From: Setoptus koraiensis
Taxonomy: Eukaryota; Animalia; Arthropoda
Direction of reading: 5' to 3'
NCBI GenBank assembly: GCA_048013815.1
Contig: CM106585.1
Location: 14,818,001 to 14,882,000 of the forward strand
Length of the DNA: 64,000 nucleotides
Under the pieces are notes generated by a model that was not told the DNA's origin, did not search any database, and saw nothing but the letters and a program-made list of their open reading frames with translations. Shown here piece after piece: positions 33,232 through 45,104 of this stretch; position 1 is the stretch's first letter; the number at the start of each line of letters is the position of its first letter. Position numbers and translations under genes: made by a program.

Positions 33232-33269
33232 AATGCGAAAATGATTGCGGCAACTAACTTTTAATTTTA

Positions 33270-34080
33270 AGTGAGTACAGTAGTGTGGTGCTATTTCATG
33301 CTATTGGACGAACAAATAATAAAGCATCGAATGAACGAAAACAATTCCAATCATCGATATTATACCAATAAAGCTTCCTTGCTTTCAGATTCAGAAGTGA
33401 ACCTAAACTTCTGGTCTGGCAAACTTGCATCTTTCCTGTTCAGAATATACTTTTTGTTTGATTTAACCGTCTGTTGCAAAGTTACTCGGATCCACAATTC
33501 TCTGATTGTGTCTTAATTGTGGTTTGTGCCAGCTCCATAAGTAATCAATCGGAGCACGATTGTATCGGTGGCAATTTCAGCGATAAGCAATCAAACATCA
33601 ATCATCAGCCACTTCAGGGCCAGTTATGAATAATTTAACATTGAGAAAGGAGAAGATATCTGTTCGAGATAGTGATGACGATGATGATGATGTGTTACAC
33701 TGTTTCACTAGACCTCGTGCCTGGAATAACAAATTTGACCCTCACTATATTATATTCTTATATGATCTCTCTAAGCAATGGTGGAGGGCAAACTTTCAGT
33801 GGAATGCCGGGTGATAATGGAATTGCTGCATAGACACCCGAAAATGATAACAATTCTATAAATCGTAACCAGTTGAATAACTTGTTGCTCAATGACAACC
33901 CACCTGCGTACGGAAAAGGCCTAATTATACATCCAGATGCTTTTCAACTTTACCGAAAGGACACTCTGAAGAATCGGCTCTCGACAAACTGTGACAATTA
34001 CTCGATTCTATTTATTCTATTCAATTTCTATCAGATTGTGGACGCAGTGAAATACATTCATTCACAACTCTTTTATGCCG
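33270..34080 (+). pseudogene. Degenerate fragment of the PERK kinase domain
   Basis: Collinear with 48050-48880; confident core 33465-34070 vs 48291-48880. Examples: aaccgtctgttgcaaa/aaccgtcttttgcaaa, ttcactagacctcgtgc/tccactagacctcgtgc, tatacatccagatgc...gaaaggacact, [14 protein letters not shown] vs [14 protein letters not shown]. It has frameshifts and stops and no HRDLK. Confidence 0.85.
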
Positions 34081-34188
34081 ATCGTAACTCAACGAGAATT
34101 CAACTCTGCTTCACCTCGTTGGTTTTCTACTTACTTGAAGGCTCCACTCAGCCCAGCTATACTCAACACTATACTTGAAACGTTTTCA

Positions 34189-34227
34189 TGACCATTTAAG
34201 GTTGTTGATCGAGACCTTAAATGGTCA
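34189..34227. repeat. Inverted repeat, 14-bp perfect arms, 11-nt loop
   Basis: TGACCATTTAAGGT-tgttgatcgag-ACCTTAAATGGTCA. Confidence 0.93.
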
Positions 34228-35301
34228 CGATAATAGATATACATTGGTTTGCATTCGGGAAGCGAACGCGAATTAAGCGATGACGACTACCTGAAATAGC
34301 ATCACACATATCACATCACTTACTTCTTATTTCTCATGTCGTCATCCATCTCAAGAAACATATGCTTGTAACCTCAAATTAGATTCGCCTTCTTCATACA
34401 GCGTCGTTAAAAACTTTCATATGCTGTTTACCTATTTTAGATTAATGATGATTAGAATCTCTTTTCTGGAATTCTTTTTTCTATCATTGAGATAATGTTG
34501 TTGCTGTTGTTGTTTTTTTTTCAAGCAACAACAACAAGGAATAACGCCAACACTATTTTGTCACTGTCTCACATAGATATTCATAGAATAGAAGTGGTTT
34601 CTTATGAGCGGTAACACAGGGTTAACCAACTTGAAACAACAACTACTTACTAGGTACCATTTTCGCGTGGGCGTCCGACGCTCGCCATAGCTTCTCAATC
34701 ACTTGCCTTTTCACACACTCTGTTTTGTCATATACTACGTTGCGTTCAACAGAGATCTAAATTTAGGCCCCGAGATGCTGTGTATCATATGGGTTGCCCA
34801 ATCACTTTCTTCACGGCTTCTTTCCTAATCTCCTAGCTGTTGTTTGCTAAAAAAAGTGTGGTGCAAAAACAATTGTAATGTAGATACAAGTTGAGATGCA
34901 AATTTGTTTGTTTCAAGTGAACGTCATAACTAAGAGAAAAACACACAACAGCCACCAGACGAACAGTAATCATTTTTCCGTAATGTTTTCGTAAATACAC
35001 TCTCTATTATTGACTCATTTGTTCCGGTGATCATTAGTTGGTGATTAGTTGCAAGCAAAAGAAAGTTGCTAGTTAAATAGTCATAATCACCAAATTTAAT
35101 CCCATACAAATACTCGAGCCGATGTTGCTGTGTTTATTAGCGACACGGGAACAATAGTGAATCAATTCATCTAAAATCATCTAATATAAAATCGCATCGC
35201 ATCGTTAACAATTATTGACCAAAATTGACATTCTTCATAGACCATAGTACTTTCATTAGTGAGTTAACTAATTATCATCAAATTATTATTATACAACAAC
35301 A

Positions 35302-38300
35302 ATGTACTCGTACGAGCGCGATTCGCGCCTCCACATGAAGGGTCACTACGAAACCAGCACTAGTAGTAGCCCCACCAGAAGAGGCAGAATCGAAAGAATA
35401 GAATCGCCCATAGCTAACCGCCAAAGTATCACCAACAGTATGAGCAGTGATCGTTTCAACGAGACGAGTCGTAGCCACAATAGATCAGTGTTAGAGGAAA
35501 GATTGCCAAATAATGGCCGATACAACCATATGAACGATATCACCCATCAAACTGCTACTCACGAAATGGATCATTTAGATTCAGACGATGTTAAATATCA
35601 CACCAAAACACAAATGGCGCAAGCCTCTCAAGAATCAAAAGAGCTGTATAGAAGTTCTCAAGATCGCGGCGGACTGAAAACAGTGAAAACAAGACGCATT
35701 GTCAAGAAAACCACCACCATAACCCGCGGTGAGAATGAAAAATTGGTAAGTATTCGGGCTATCTATGATTCATTGAATCGAAACTCCAACGGAGTAACTG
35801 ACTAGCTGAGAATATGTCGAGTCAGCAATGGCTAAACAGCTAATGGCGTTTTCTTCGGAATGGGGCTGATTGCAATCCGGGCAAGACTTGTGCGATAATT
35901 TCTTTTTGTTAGTTTGGGCAAAAATCTCAAATGAGCCTTGAGAGTTGAAATATTTCTCGAATACTATCTGTTAGCAGTGCGTATTCCTGCAATAGGCTGA
36001 AATAGCCCAATACAATCGCGCCAGCCGATAGCAATATCACCCAAACTGTTCGTCTTGTTGATCTCGACTATTGCTCGATAGAGGAGCGTCGGTGTTTTGA
36101 GGCCAGTGGGTTTTGTATCGTTTCTCTGTATTGTTTTACCTAATCGAGCAAATATTGTTTGGATTATCAACATTGTAGGAGGAGCCGGTCGACGACAAAG
36201 CTGAGCTTCGCGAAGAGCTCAGAAAGCATTTGGAATCGATCAAAAAGGAGTTGAACATTTTGGAGAAGCGCATCGATAATATGGCTCCAGTTGGCGACAA
36301 TATGCACACCCTTCGAAAGCAATTGATAGAGATGGAAGACTTCGAGCGACACTTGAGTAGGGTTCGCAGCAATTTGGACGAGGTAATAGAAATTGGTGGC
36401 GATTTTCTGCGCAACGACGAGGAATTGCGGCCCCAATTGAGAGATTGCCAAGAGCAATTGGCTCGTATTGAATCGAAGGCTTCGAAGAGATTGCGCGACA
36501 TTGACGCGGCTATGAATCGTGTGGACGCGGCCGATGCAGCCATGACACGATTCAACATTAAATTGGACGCATTGAAAAAGGAATTGAACGATCTGGAGCA
36601 TCGATTGGACTCGATGGCGCCAGTGGGCAAAGACTTGAAGACATTGCAACGTCAATTGAGCGAGATGGAGGACTTTGATCGTCGCATTCAAGTGGCCCAT
36701 GGTCATTTGGAGGAGATAGTGCAATTGGCAAATGATATGATACGCCAGGATTTGGTTAAATCGCCCAATGTTCTGCTAGATCAAATAGCCGAATGTCGTG
36801 CCCAATTGGAGCGCATCGAGCAGCGTGCAGCAAAACGGGCCCGCGAAATAGCCGATGCTCTGAATAAATGCGACGCTTCTGCGGCTGCCATGGCCAAATT
36901 CAATGTCCGCTTAGACGCCATCCGAAGGGAACTGGACGATCTTGAGCACAGACTCAATTCGATGGCCCCAGTGGCAAAGGATTTGCCCACGTTGCGCGAA
37001 CAATTGAAAGAGATGGAAGACTTCAATAAGCGCGTAGATAAATGCCGCCAGAACCTACAGTCGGTGATTGAGTTTGGCGAGGAGCTGATAGCCAAAGATC
37101 TGGTGCCCAATGTGAGACACTTGCGCGATCAATTGCAAGACTGCCAGGATCAATTGAAACGAATTGAGGCGCGAGCCGCCAAGAGAATGCGCGACATTAT
37201 GGACGCTTTGGGTCGCGCAGATGCCGCCGAGGCCGCATGGAGAAAATTCCAGCTGAAACTAGACGCAATCAAGAAGGAATTGGACGATCTTGAGCGCCGC
37301 CTAGACGGCATGGCGCCCGTAGGCAAAGACATGGACACACTGAGGGCCCAATTGGCCGAAATGAAGGACTTCGAGCAGCGGCTCAACAAGTGCAGACGCA
37401 ATTTGGAGGCCCTGAACGACTTTGGCGAGGACCTGATAATGCAGGGACTCATTGATAACCCGCGCCTATTGAGAGAGCAAATTCGCGACTGTCAATCACA
37501 ATTGGCCAGATTGGAGGCGCGAGCCGCTAAGAGATTGCGCGAAATTCAGGACGCCATGAATCAGGCCGAGGCGCGCGAGGCAGCGCTGAGAAAATTCCAG
37601 CTCAAATTGGACGCCATCCAGAAGGAATTGGACGATCTTGAGCGCCGCATCGACAACATGGCGCCTGTGGGCAAAGACATGGACACACTGAGGGCCCAAT
37701 TGGCCGAAATGAAGGACTTCGAGCAGCGGCTCAACAAGTGTAGGCGCAATCTGGCCGATCTGGCCGATTTTGGCGAGGATCTAATTCGCCAGAATCTCAT
37801 TGAGAATCCGCGTTTGTTGCGCGACCAAATTAAAGAGTGCCAGGCTCAATTGGCGCGCATTGAGGCCAAGGCAGCCAAACGTTTGAAGGCCATTCAGGAC
37901 GCCATGAACAGATCGGAGCAGGCCGAGGCAGCCATGCAAAAGTTCCGCATTAAATTGGACGCAATCAACAGGGAATTGGAGGAATTGGAGCGACAGGCAA
38001 AGAATTGGTCGGCACCAGGACGCGACCTGGCAACAATAAAGAGACAAATAAGCGACTTGCAAGAATTCAAATCGAGACTCACTAAGGTGGCCAGAATGAT
38101 AGACGAATTGACTGAATTAGGCGAGAGAATGATACGCGAAAATCTAATTGAGGAACCACAAGAGTTGCGTCACGAAGTGAAGCAATGCCAAACAAGATTA
38201 GCCCATCTAGAGGAGCTAGCCAAGGGCAGAGAGAACGAGCTCAATTGGGCCTTGAGCAAGGTGACCGAATTCAACAAATTGGCCGAAGATTTGAGCCAAT

Positions 38301-40550
38301 TCATTGATCGGGCCCAGCACAAATTGGACCGATTGACGCCCGTTGGTGGCGATTTAGAGACAGTGAAACGTCAAGTGGAGGAACTGAAACAACTGAAGAA
38401 AGAGGTCGAGCCCCGAGCCGTTGATGTGGAGCATCTCAATCGTCTCGGCCAAGAGCTTATGATCGGCACAACAGCGGACCAGGCCAGACCTATTCGGGAC
38501 ACATTGAACGACATCAACCAGCGCTGGAATAAACTCATCAAGGGCCTGAATTTGCGCCAGAGCAACCTAGAACAGGCACTGTTGCGCATAGGTCAATTCG
38601 AGTTGGCCATACAAGATCTACTTGATTGGATGAGCCAATGCGAGCGAGCCCTCGATAGGGTGCGTGTCATTCGTGGCGACGCCGAGCTGATCGAGGCCGA
38701 AATGTCAAAATTGAGAGCCATTCTCAAGGACATCGATGCTCATGCTGGCAGCGTCGACGAGATTAATCGCGCCGGAAAGAAACTCATCGAGGAACAGCAA
38801 GGCTCATATCAGGCACTCGAGTCTGTTAGACGAAAATTGGACGAGCTGAACAGGCGCTGGTCAGAGCTGAATGCGAAGGCTCAAAAGAAACGCCAAGATT
38901 TGGAGGAATCGTTGAAGGAGGCGCGAGCGTATGATCGCGAATTGGAAGAACTGTTCGGTTGGTTCAACGAAGTAGAACAGGCACTCAACAATCCGAAGCC
39001 CGTGGGCGGATTACCCGACACAGCCAGAGAGCAATTGGAGAAATTCATGGAATTGTATTCCGAGGTGAATACAAACAAGTCGCGCGTTGAAGCTGTTTTG
39101 GCTCGTGGCGACGAACTCATTCGTAGAGCCACCGAGGGTTGCGCCAGTCAATTGAAGAGCAATGTCAAATTGTTGAAACAACGCTGGCAATCAATTTTGC
39201 AACGTTGCTCAGAACGAAAAGTTAAATTGGAGCAAGCGCTACGAGATGCCGAAGAGTTGCAGGCGGCAACGCAGAAATTTGTCGACTGGTTGAGCTCGGC
39301 AGAGAAACACATCAACGGATTGGAGCCAGTAAGTCGTGTAGTGGAGCGCGTCACAAAACAAATGGCCGAACACAAGGAATTCCAACGCGAAGTCAACAGC
39401 CACAGCGAAGAGTGGATTGCGTTGGATAGACGTGCCACCCAATTGCGACAGGTTTGTACAAAGCATGACGCAACAGTTATCAAAAACTTGATGACCAGTG
39501 TATCAAACAGATGGCAACGATTGGTGACTAAGACGGCGGAAAGGACCCGTGCTCTCGAGATTGGCTACAAGGAGGCCAAACAATTCAGTGATGCCTGGAA
39601 CGATCTGATGCGCTGGCTAGACACGGCTCAGGCCAATTTGGACACGTCAGAAGTGGACACAGACAATGTGGATGAGATAAGACAATTGATTGCCAAACAC
39701 AAGGAATATCAGCGAGCGTTAGAATCGAAACAGTCCACTTATGAGTCGGTGATGCGTATGGGCAGACAACTGAAAGAGAAGGCACCGCGTGTTGATCACC
39801 CTGTCATCCAAGAGATGCTCGACGAACTGAGAGACAAATGGAACAAGGTCTGGAACGCCTCGGCAGACAGGCAACGTCGTCTAGACGAGGCCCTGCAAGA
39901 TGCTCTGGATGCTCAAAGAATGAAACGTCCACCTGTCACCGAGCAAGAGATAATAGAGGACGAGGTTCAACGTCAAGTGGCTCAATGTACCTGTTTGCAT
40001 CGTTACAAGGTGTACCATGTTGGCGAGGGCCGTTACAGATTTGGCGAGTCGCAAAAGTTGCGTCTGGTTCGTATATTGCGCAGTGTTGTGATGGTTCGTG
40101 TGGGCGGCGGTTGGGAGTCGCTAGAGGAATTCCTTCAGAAGAACGACCCATGTAGAGGTGAGTACAACTTGCACAACTTCTTTTCCTCTTAATGTACCCA
40201 CCAACTGAGACACAAAAATTCCTAAAACTAACCTTTATCCTTTGTCCTTTATCACCTGATCAAATGAACGTGTAGCCAAGGGACGCACCAACGTCGAGCT
40301 GAGAGAGCAGTTCATATTGCCCGACGGTGCCTCACAAGCGCTGGCTTCGTTCAAGTCCAAGATGGCCAGAGATCCCGCCTCAGTGTCGCCCATTGGACCA
40401 GTGACCAAGATAAGAGAGAAGACAGAGAAATCGCTGCCAATGACGGGCGCCAGACAAGGCACTCCAAGTGATTATTACAGTGAGGAGGACGCCGGATTGT
40501 GCGGAGAACGTACCCGTTCTCGTAATCACACCGTCTCACCAGCATGGTAA
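35302..40550 (+). CDS. Short spectraplakin-like (Shot/MACF1/dystonin family) protein: spectrin repeats + GAR/GAS2 domain; exons 35302-35745, 36179-40157, 40276-40550; ~1565 aa
   Basis: GAR domain [54 protein letters not shown]; after splicing DPCR|[25 protein letters not shown] junctions are phase-compatible. An extra 3' exon is possible. Confidence 0.88.
36230..38300 (+). repeat. Six tandem coding repeats (first 333 bp, then 348 bp = 116 aa) inside the spectraplakin
   Basis: L(D/E)(A/S)(I/L)xxEL...(A)PVG/A-K/D unit starts at 36230, 36563, 36911, 37259, 37607 and 37955. Confidence 0.92.
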
Positions 40551-41917
40551 TTGCAGCATCACCGTTCGAAAATTACGAGATAGATAGATAGAGACAGAGA
40601 GAAAACGTCTAACAACATTATAGATTCGGGCTGCATAATCGCCAAGTACCTCAATAGAATTGTAAACAAAGACTAACTCATTGAACATAATATGTATGTG
40701 AACAGTAATAATATTAACCATTATAAAATCATGTCATTTTAATTGTAATAAAATCGATGCGAACTAAAACTAATTCTATAACTGTAAACTGTGTTTGCGT
40801 TCTTTAGTCCTGTTCTTCTGGACCTCTGTGACGAGCTAAACAAAATCTGCCCCTTTGCGGAACATTCAAGATCTTGAACTTGCATAATCATAAAACAGCT
40901 AGCAGATACGAGAGACACACGAGTGTGCAGCAATCAACGACTTGTCTTCAAACAATGTTTTGAGTGGGCTGGAAATCGAGACCTTCATAAAAGTTTGTTC
41001 GGCAGTCTACCTAAAGATGGTATCCATCGGGATTGCGCTGTTTTATTGTTCGAAAACGTCGATAAATCAGTAATTTGTACTGATTATCACTGATTGGTCT
41101 GTACAACATTTTTAACAATTGAGTTCATGATTCAGTGAGAATAAATATTGCTATTTATTTTAAATTATGTTGAGACCCAATAGATTATGTGTTGGTGAGA
41201 TTCTCTTCATATTCATAAGTGCCCACTTTTCCTAAGAAGCAAAATTTGGATTAGGGCCTTTTACAGGTGCTCTGTGAGTGCCGAGTAGCCAGCTTCTGCT
41301 AGGCAAAACCTAGCTCGCACTATTACGTCAGTCCAATAAGACACCATGAAAGTATTAAAGCGCTTGTTATTGGTCGAATTAGTTAGGTGTGAACTATCGA
41401 GTAAACAAAGCCATAATGAACATCATACAATCATCCAAAACTACTTTGTAATGGGACTTATCAGGTTAATTCAAAACTCGCAAAACATGTTCCTCGGGAA
41501 AGTTATTTAGCCGACAAGAATGCCTACGTCTAAAGGGGCCGAATCGAGGTGAACGATGACGAAAGAAAGTGGCTGATTTCCATCAATCATACAATGTGTA
41601 TCTGACTGAAACTCTGACAAACATTTCTAGCTGATTAGATTCGCTGGTTATATACACGCAATGTCAGAATAGATGCCACTTGCGTCATTTTGCAGACTCG
41701 TCTAGCCATCCCCAGGTACTACTGGGAGCTGTGAGAGTTGTGCCGATGCAGAATCTCGCATCAATCACTTGGCACGCCCTTCACCATATGATTGCTATAA
41801 ACAACCATTGTAACCATAGCATCAGTAACCATTTCTAATAATCTTTTTTACGGTGAACAAAAAATCTCTGAATGATTGAACGTCAGACTATTGAATGACC
41901 AGCGCTATTCTTTCCAG

Positions 41918-42034
41918 GTGAGTATAATGCCACAGACCTACCATGTTCTATTAACCACGACAGACTACACGCGAATTCGACCAGTATCCATATAATAATC
42001 TCTCATACCTGTCGTCTACTCTCACTATTCGCAG
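41918..42034 (+). other. Probable 5'-UTR intron of the Nudix gene
   Basis: CAG|GTGAGT donor and ctcactattcgCAG acceptor, 117 nt, 91 nt upstream of the ATG. Confidence 0.45.
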
Positions 42035-42125
42035 ATATTATTTCAGTAGCGCCTTATGGGCAGTAGATTCTAACGCTAGAGCTATTATAAACAGATCCGT
42101 GGGGTCAAACATCTACAGTAAGACA

Positions 42126-42806
42126 ATGGCTTCGGTAACGAAAAACAAGATCACCATTCACAGCATCAGGCCACTGAATCATGACGAATCGAAATATGTC
42201 CGTCCCATGCGAATGCATTTTAATTTGAATGGCAAAGAACGAGCATGGGATTGTTTGAAAGCCCACGACAGCGTATCTAGCGTTATATATAACAAATCAA
42301 GAGACCGCCTGATTTTTGTCAAACAATTCAGACCAGCCGTCTATTTGGCCGAGCTAACCTCGACATCCGACTTGAAAGAAATCAAGGTTGAACAACTGCC
42401 CAAGCCAGCAAAGGACACCACTGGCTACACCATGGAGCTTTGTGCTGGCCTGGCAGACAAGGAGGGCAAAACGCCTCAGCAGGTCATGCAGGAGGAAATA
42501 GAAGAGGAAACTGGTTATAAAGTGCCTCTTGAATCGGTCAAATTCGTTTCTTCATTCCGCGGATCAACTGGATTGAGTGGCACAAAAATGAGCCTATTCT
42601 ACTGTGAGGTGACTGACGAACAAAGAATCAACCAGGGCGGCGGTGTCGATGACGAGGCTATTGAGGTTCTAGAGTTGAGCGTAGCGGAAGCACGTAAGGT
42701 TTTGTATTGCCCAGACGAGGATGCACCTTACTCTAGGCCACCAGCCATGTTGTTCGGCACTAGTTGGTTTTTGACAGAACAGTTACCGAAAATGCAAAGG
42801 AGCTGA
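42126..42806 (+). CDS. NUDT14: Nudix hydrolase, UDP-glucose pyrophosphatase (NUDT14-like), 226 aa
   Basis: WDCLKAHDSV, LIFVKQFRPAVY, a Nudix box ELCAGLAD...EEIEEETGY, and C-terminal FGTSWFL. Confidence 0.9.
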   Translation: MASVTKNKITIHSIRPLNHDESKYVRPMRMHFNLNGKERAWDCLKAHDSVSSVIYNKSRDRLIFVKQFRPAVYLAELTSTSDLKEIKVEQLPKPAKDTTGYTMELCAGLADKEGKTPQQVMQEEIEEETGYKVPLESVKFVSSFRGSTGLSGTKMSLFYCEVTDEQRINQGGGVDDEAIEVLELSVAEARKVLYCPDEDAPYSRPPAMLFGTSWFLTEQLPKMQRS

Positions 42807-43054
42807 AAATTGGCTCTACTCGTGGTTGGGGTGGAAGTCTACTAATTCTGTTAATAGTGTTGCAACTAATAAACGACAAATCAATAAACTCAAAATATCG
42901 ATAGTGATAAAGCATTACTGTGAACTCACGAATGTATTCAGGGGTCAGGAGTCAGACGTTAATTAATTCGATAAATCGTGGCCAGTTAGCTGACACTTAA
43001 TACAGTTAATTATATTATTTATCATACAGCTAACAAGCAAGATACAAAGTCAGC

Positions 43055-43510
43055 TTAAAGTCTGCGTCCACGTCTACCGCCCTTACGACGAGTCTGATCC
43101 GACGGAATGGGAGTCACGTCCTCAATTCTGCCTATCTTCATACCAGACCTGGCCAGTGCTCTCAATGCACTCTGTGCTCCTGGTCCGGGTGTTTTTGTCT
43201 TAGTTCCACCAGTGGCCCTGAGCTTAATATGTAGAGCGTTGATACCCAACACTTTGCATCTCTCGGCAACATCTTGGGCTGCCAACATGGCAGCGTACGG
43301 AGAGGATTCATCGCGATCAGATTTGACTTTCATACCACCAGTGACGCGGCATAGGGTCTCCCGGCCCGACATGTCGGTGACGTGGACAAATGTATCATTG
43401 AAACTGGCATAGATATGGGCACAACCGAATACGTTTTCGCCCTCCTGGGCTTGTGGTCCTAATTGTACCACCGGGGCATCCTCTGTTTTCTTTCCTTTCC
43501 TGGGAGCCAT
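43055..43510 (-). CDS. RPS14: 40S ribosomal protein S14 (uS11), intronless CDS, 151 aa
   Basis: [46 protein letters not shown] and [11 protein letters not shown]. Confidence 0.99.
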   Translation of the reverse strand: MAPRKGKKTEDAPVVQLGPQAQEGENVFGCAHIYASFNDTFVHVTDMSGRETLCRVTGGMKVKSDRDESSPYAAMLAAQDVAERCKVLGINALHIKLRATGGTKTKTPGPGAQSALRALARSGMKIGRIEDVTPIPSDQTRRKGGRRGRRL

Positions 43511-45104
43511 TGTACTAATAATAAATTACCTTTCTGACAATTACAAAAATGTGGTATTAATGTGCACAAATTTTATCGTATTTTATCGTAGAATAGATAT
43601 TTTTTATATAAGATAATTAAATGTGAAGTGGGATAAATTATTTTCGGCGTACTAAATATTTGTGGCGCATGTGGCGTGTGCAACACAGTGTAGATGGGAA
43701 CGGTCGTTGTGGATAGTCCGGTTATGGATATTCCGGTTGTGAGCTCACAGAAGTAACATGTGGTTTTTCATGAGTTAGCAATCCAACGAACTGATGATCA
43801 GAGGGTGGGGAGAGAGAGAGAGGGAGAGATTATACGGAACGTGGAATTGTGCTATGGTGCGCAAATGTGCATTACAGCGGCGCACTGCAGCACTGCTGCA
43901 GCATGCAGTGTAGAATGTGAATCGTGAATCTCGTAAACAATATGCCAGCTGTGACAAACAATTTTCATCACCCTGTATTTTCTGCCCTGCCATGTCTTGC
44001 AATGTGTGCAGCGATTTGATTGCGATCAAGAGAAAGAGAAAGAGAGTGAAAGGCTTGTTATTAGTGTAACACCTCATGATGTCTCGCATTAATTGCGAGG
44101 GGCCTACGAGAGCACATGCTTGAAATGTGTTTATTGACACTATATATTATGTAATTGTTGTAGAACAACAAATATAGCTTTACACCGTGTAAGTCATTTC
44201 AATTCTGTTGAAGCCAATGTGTTCAGGCTCTGGCTAGCTGATTGGTAAACACACACACACACAGCGCCAGCATTAGCAGTGAGAGCGTCGTCATCATTGT
44301 CATCAACACAGAAAAACAGACACACTCACACACGTAAATAAACTGTTCATAATAAACAGTCTGTGTGTGTTGGTGTTTAGAACAACACACACATACATGT
44401 ATATAGGGTGATCGAATACTCTTGTTGTCTGAGCCGCGATGAAATGCCTTGGCAATGCAGGTCTAGGCACAGAACATGAAATTATCATTTGTGAGCGCGA
44501 TTGCCAGTCGAACATTTCGCTTGTGTTTTGTGATCATGCGCGTGCGCTTATGTTCATCAAATTGAAATCTGTGCCTATGTGAGAAAACAGTCAACGACAC
44601 ACACGCACACAGACACACACTAACAAATTCAAACTTACTCAACAGTATCATTGCGGAGTGTCTGTAAAAACACAACTAACAACTGAAATATTTTTGTTTT
44701 ACATTATTACATGTTTGTAGAGCCTGAACGAATCATGTAAGAAGCGTAACAAGATGAATGATTCAACAACCAAGGAGGATCCCAACAACACCGATAATAA
44801 TATTCACAATCACAATGATAATAATAATCTAATAATCTATCCATCTAATACAAAATTCTGATTGTTATTCAATTATACAACAATTATCACATACCATTAT
44901 TATTATTAACACATCGCCAACAACATCATTATATAATTACTATTATTACTCATACTCTTGCTATCGCACAACGCTCTTTATTCAGTCAAAGCCAGTTACA
45001 ACCAGCACCACAATCGTGTACCTTTGATATCAATAATATTATCACAAACAACAACAACGTCCGAGTCATCACTATCATGTCGGCATGTTAACGCACGACA
45101 CGTA

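Noticed and set aside
44958-45104. Upstream extension of the PERK ORF
   Set aside because: It starts at TTG; the first ATG (45105) precedes a signal-peptide-like segment.
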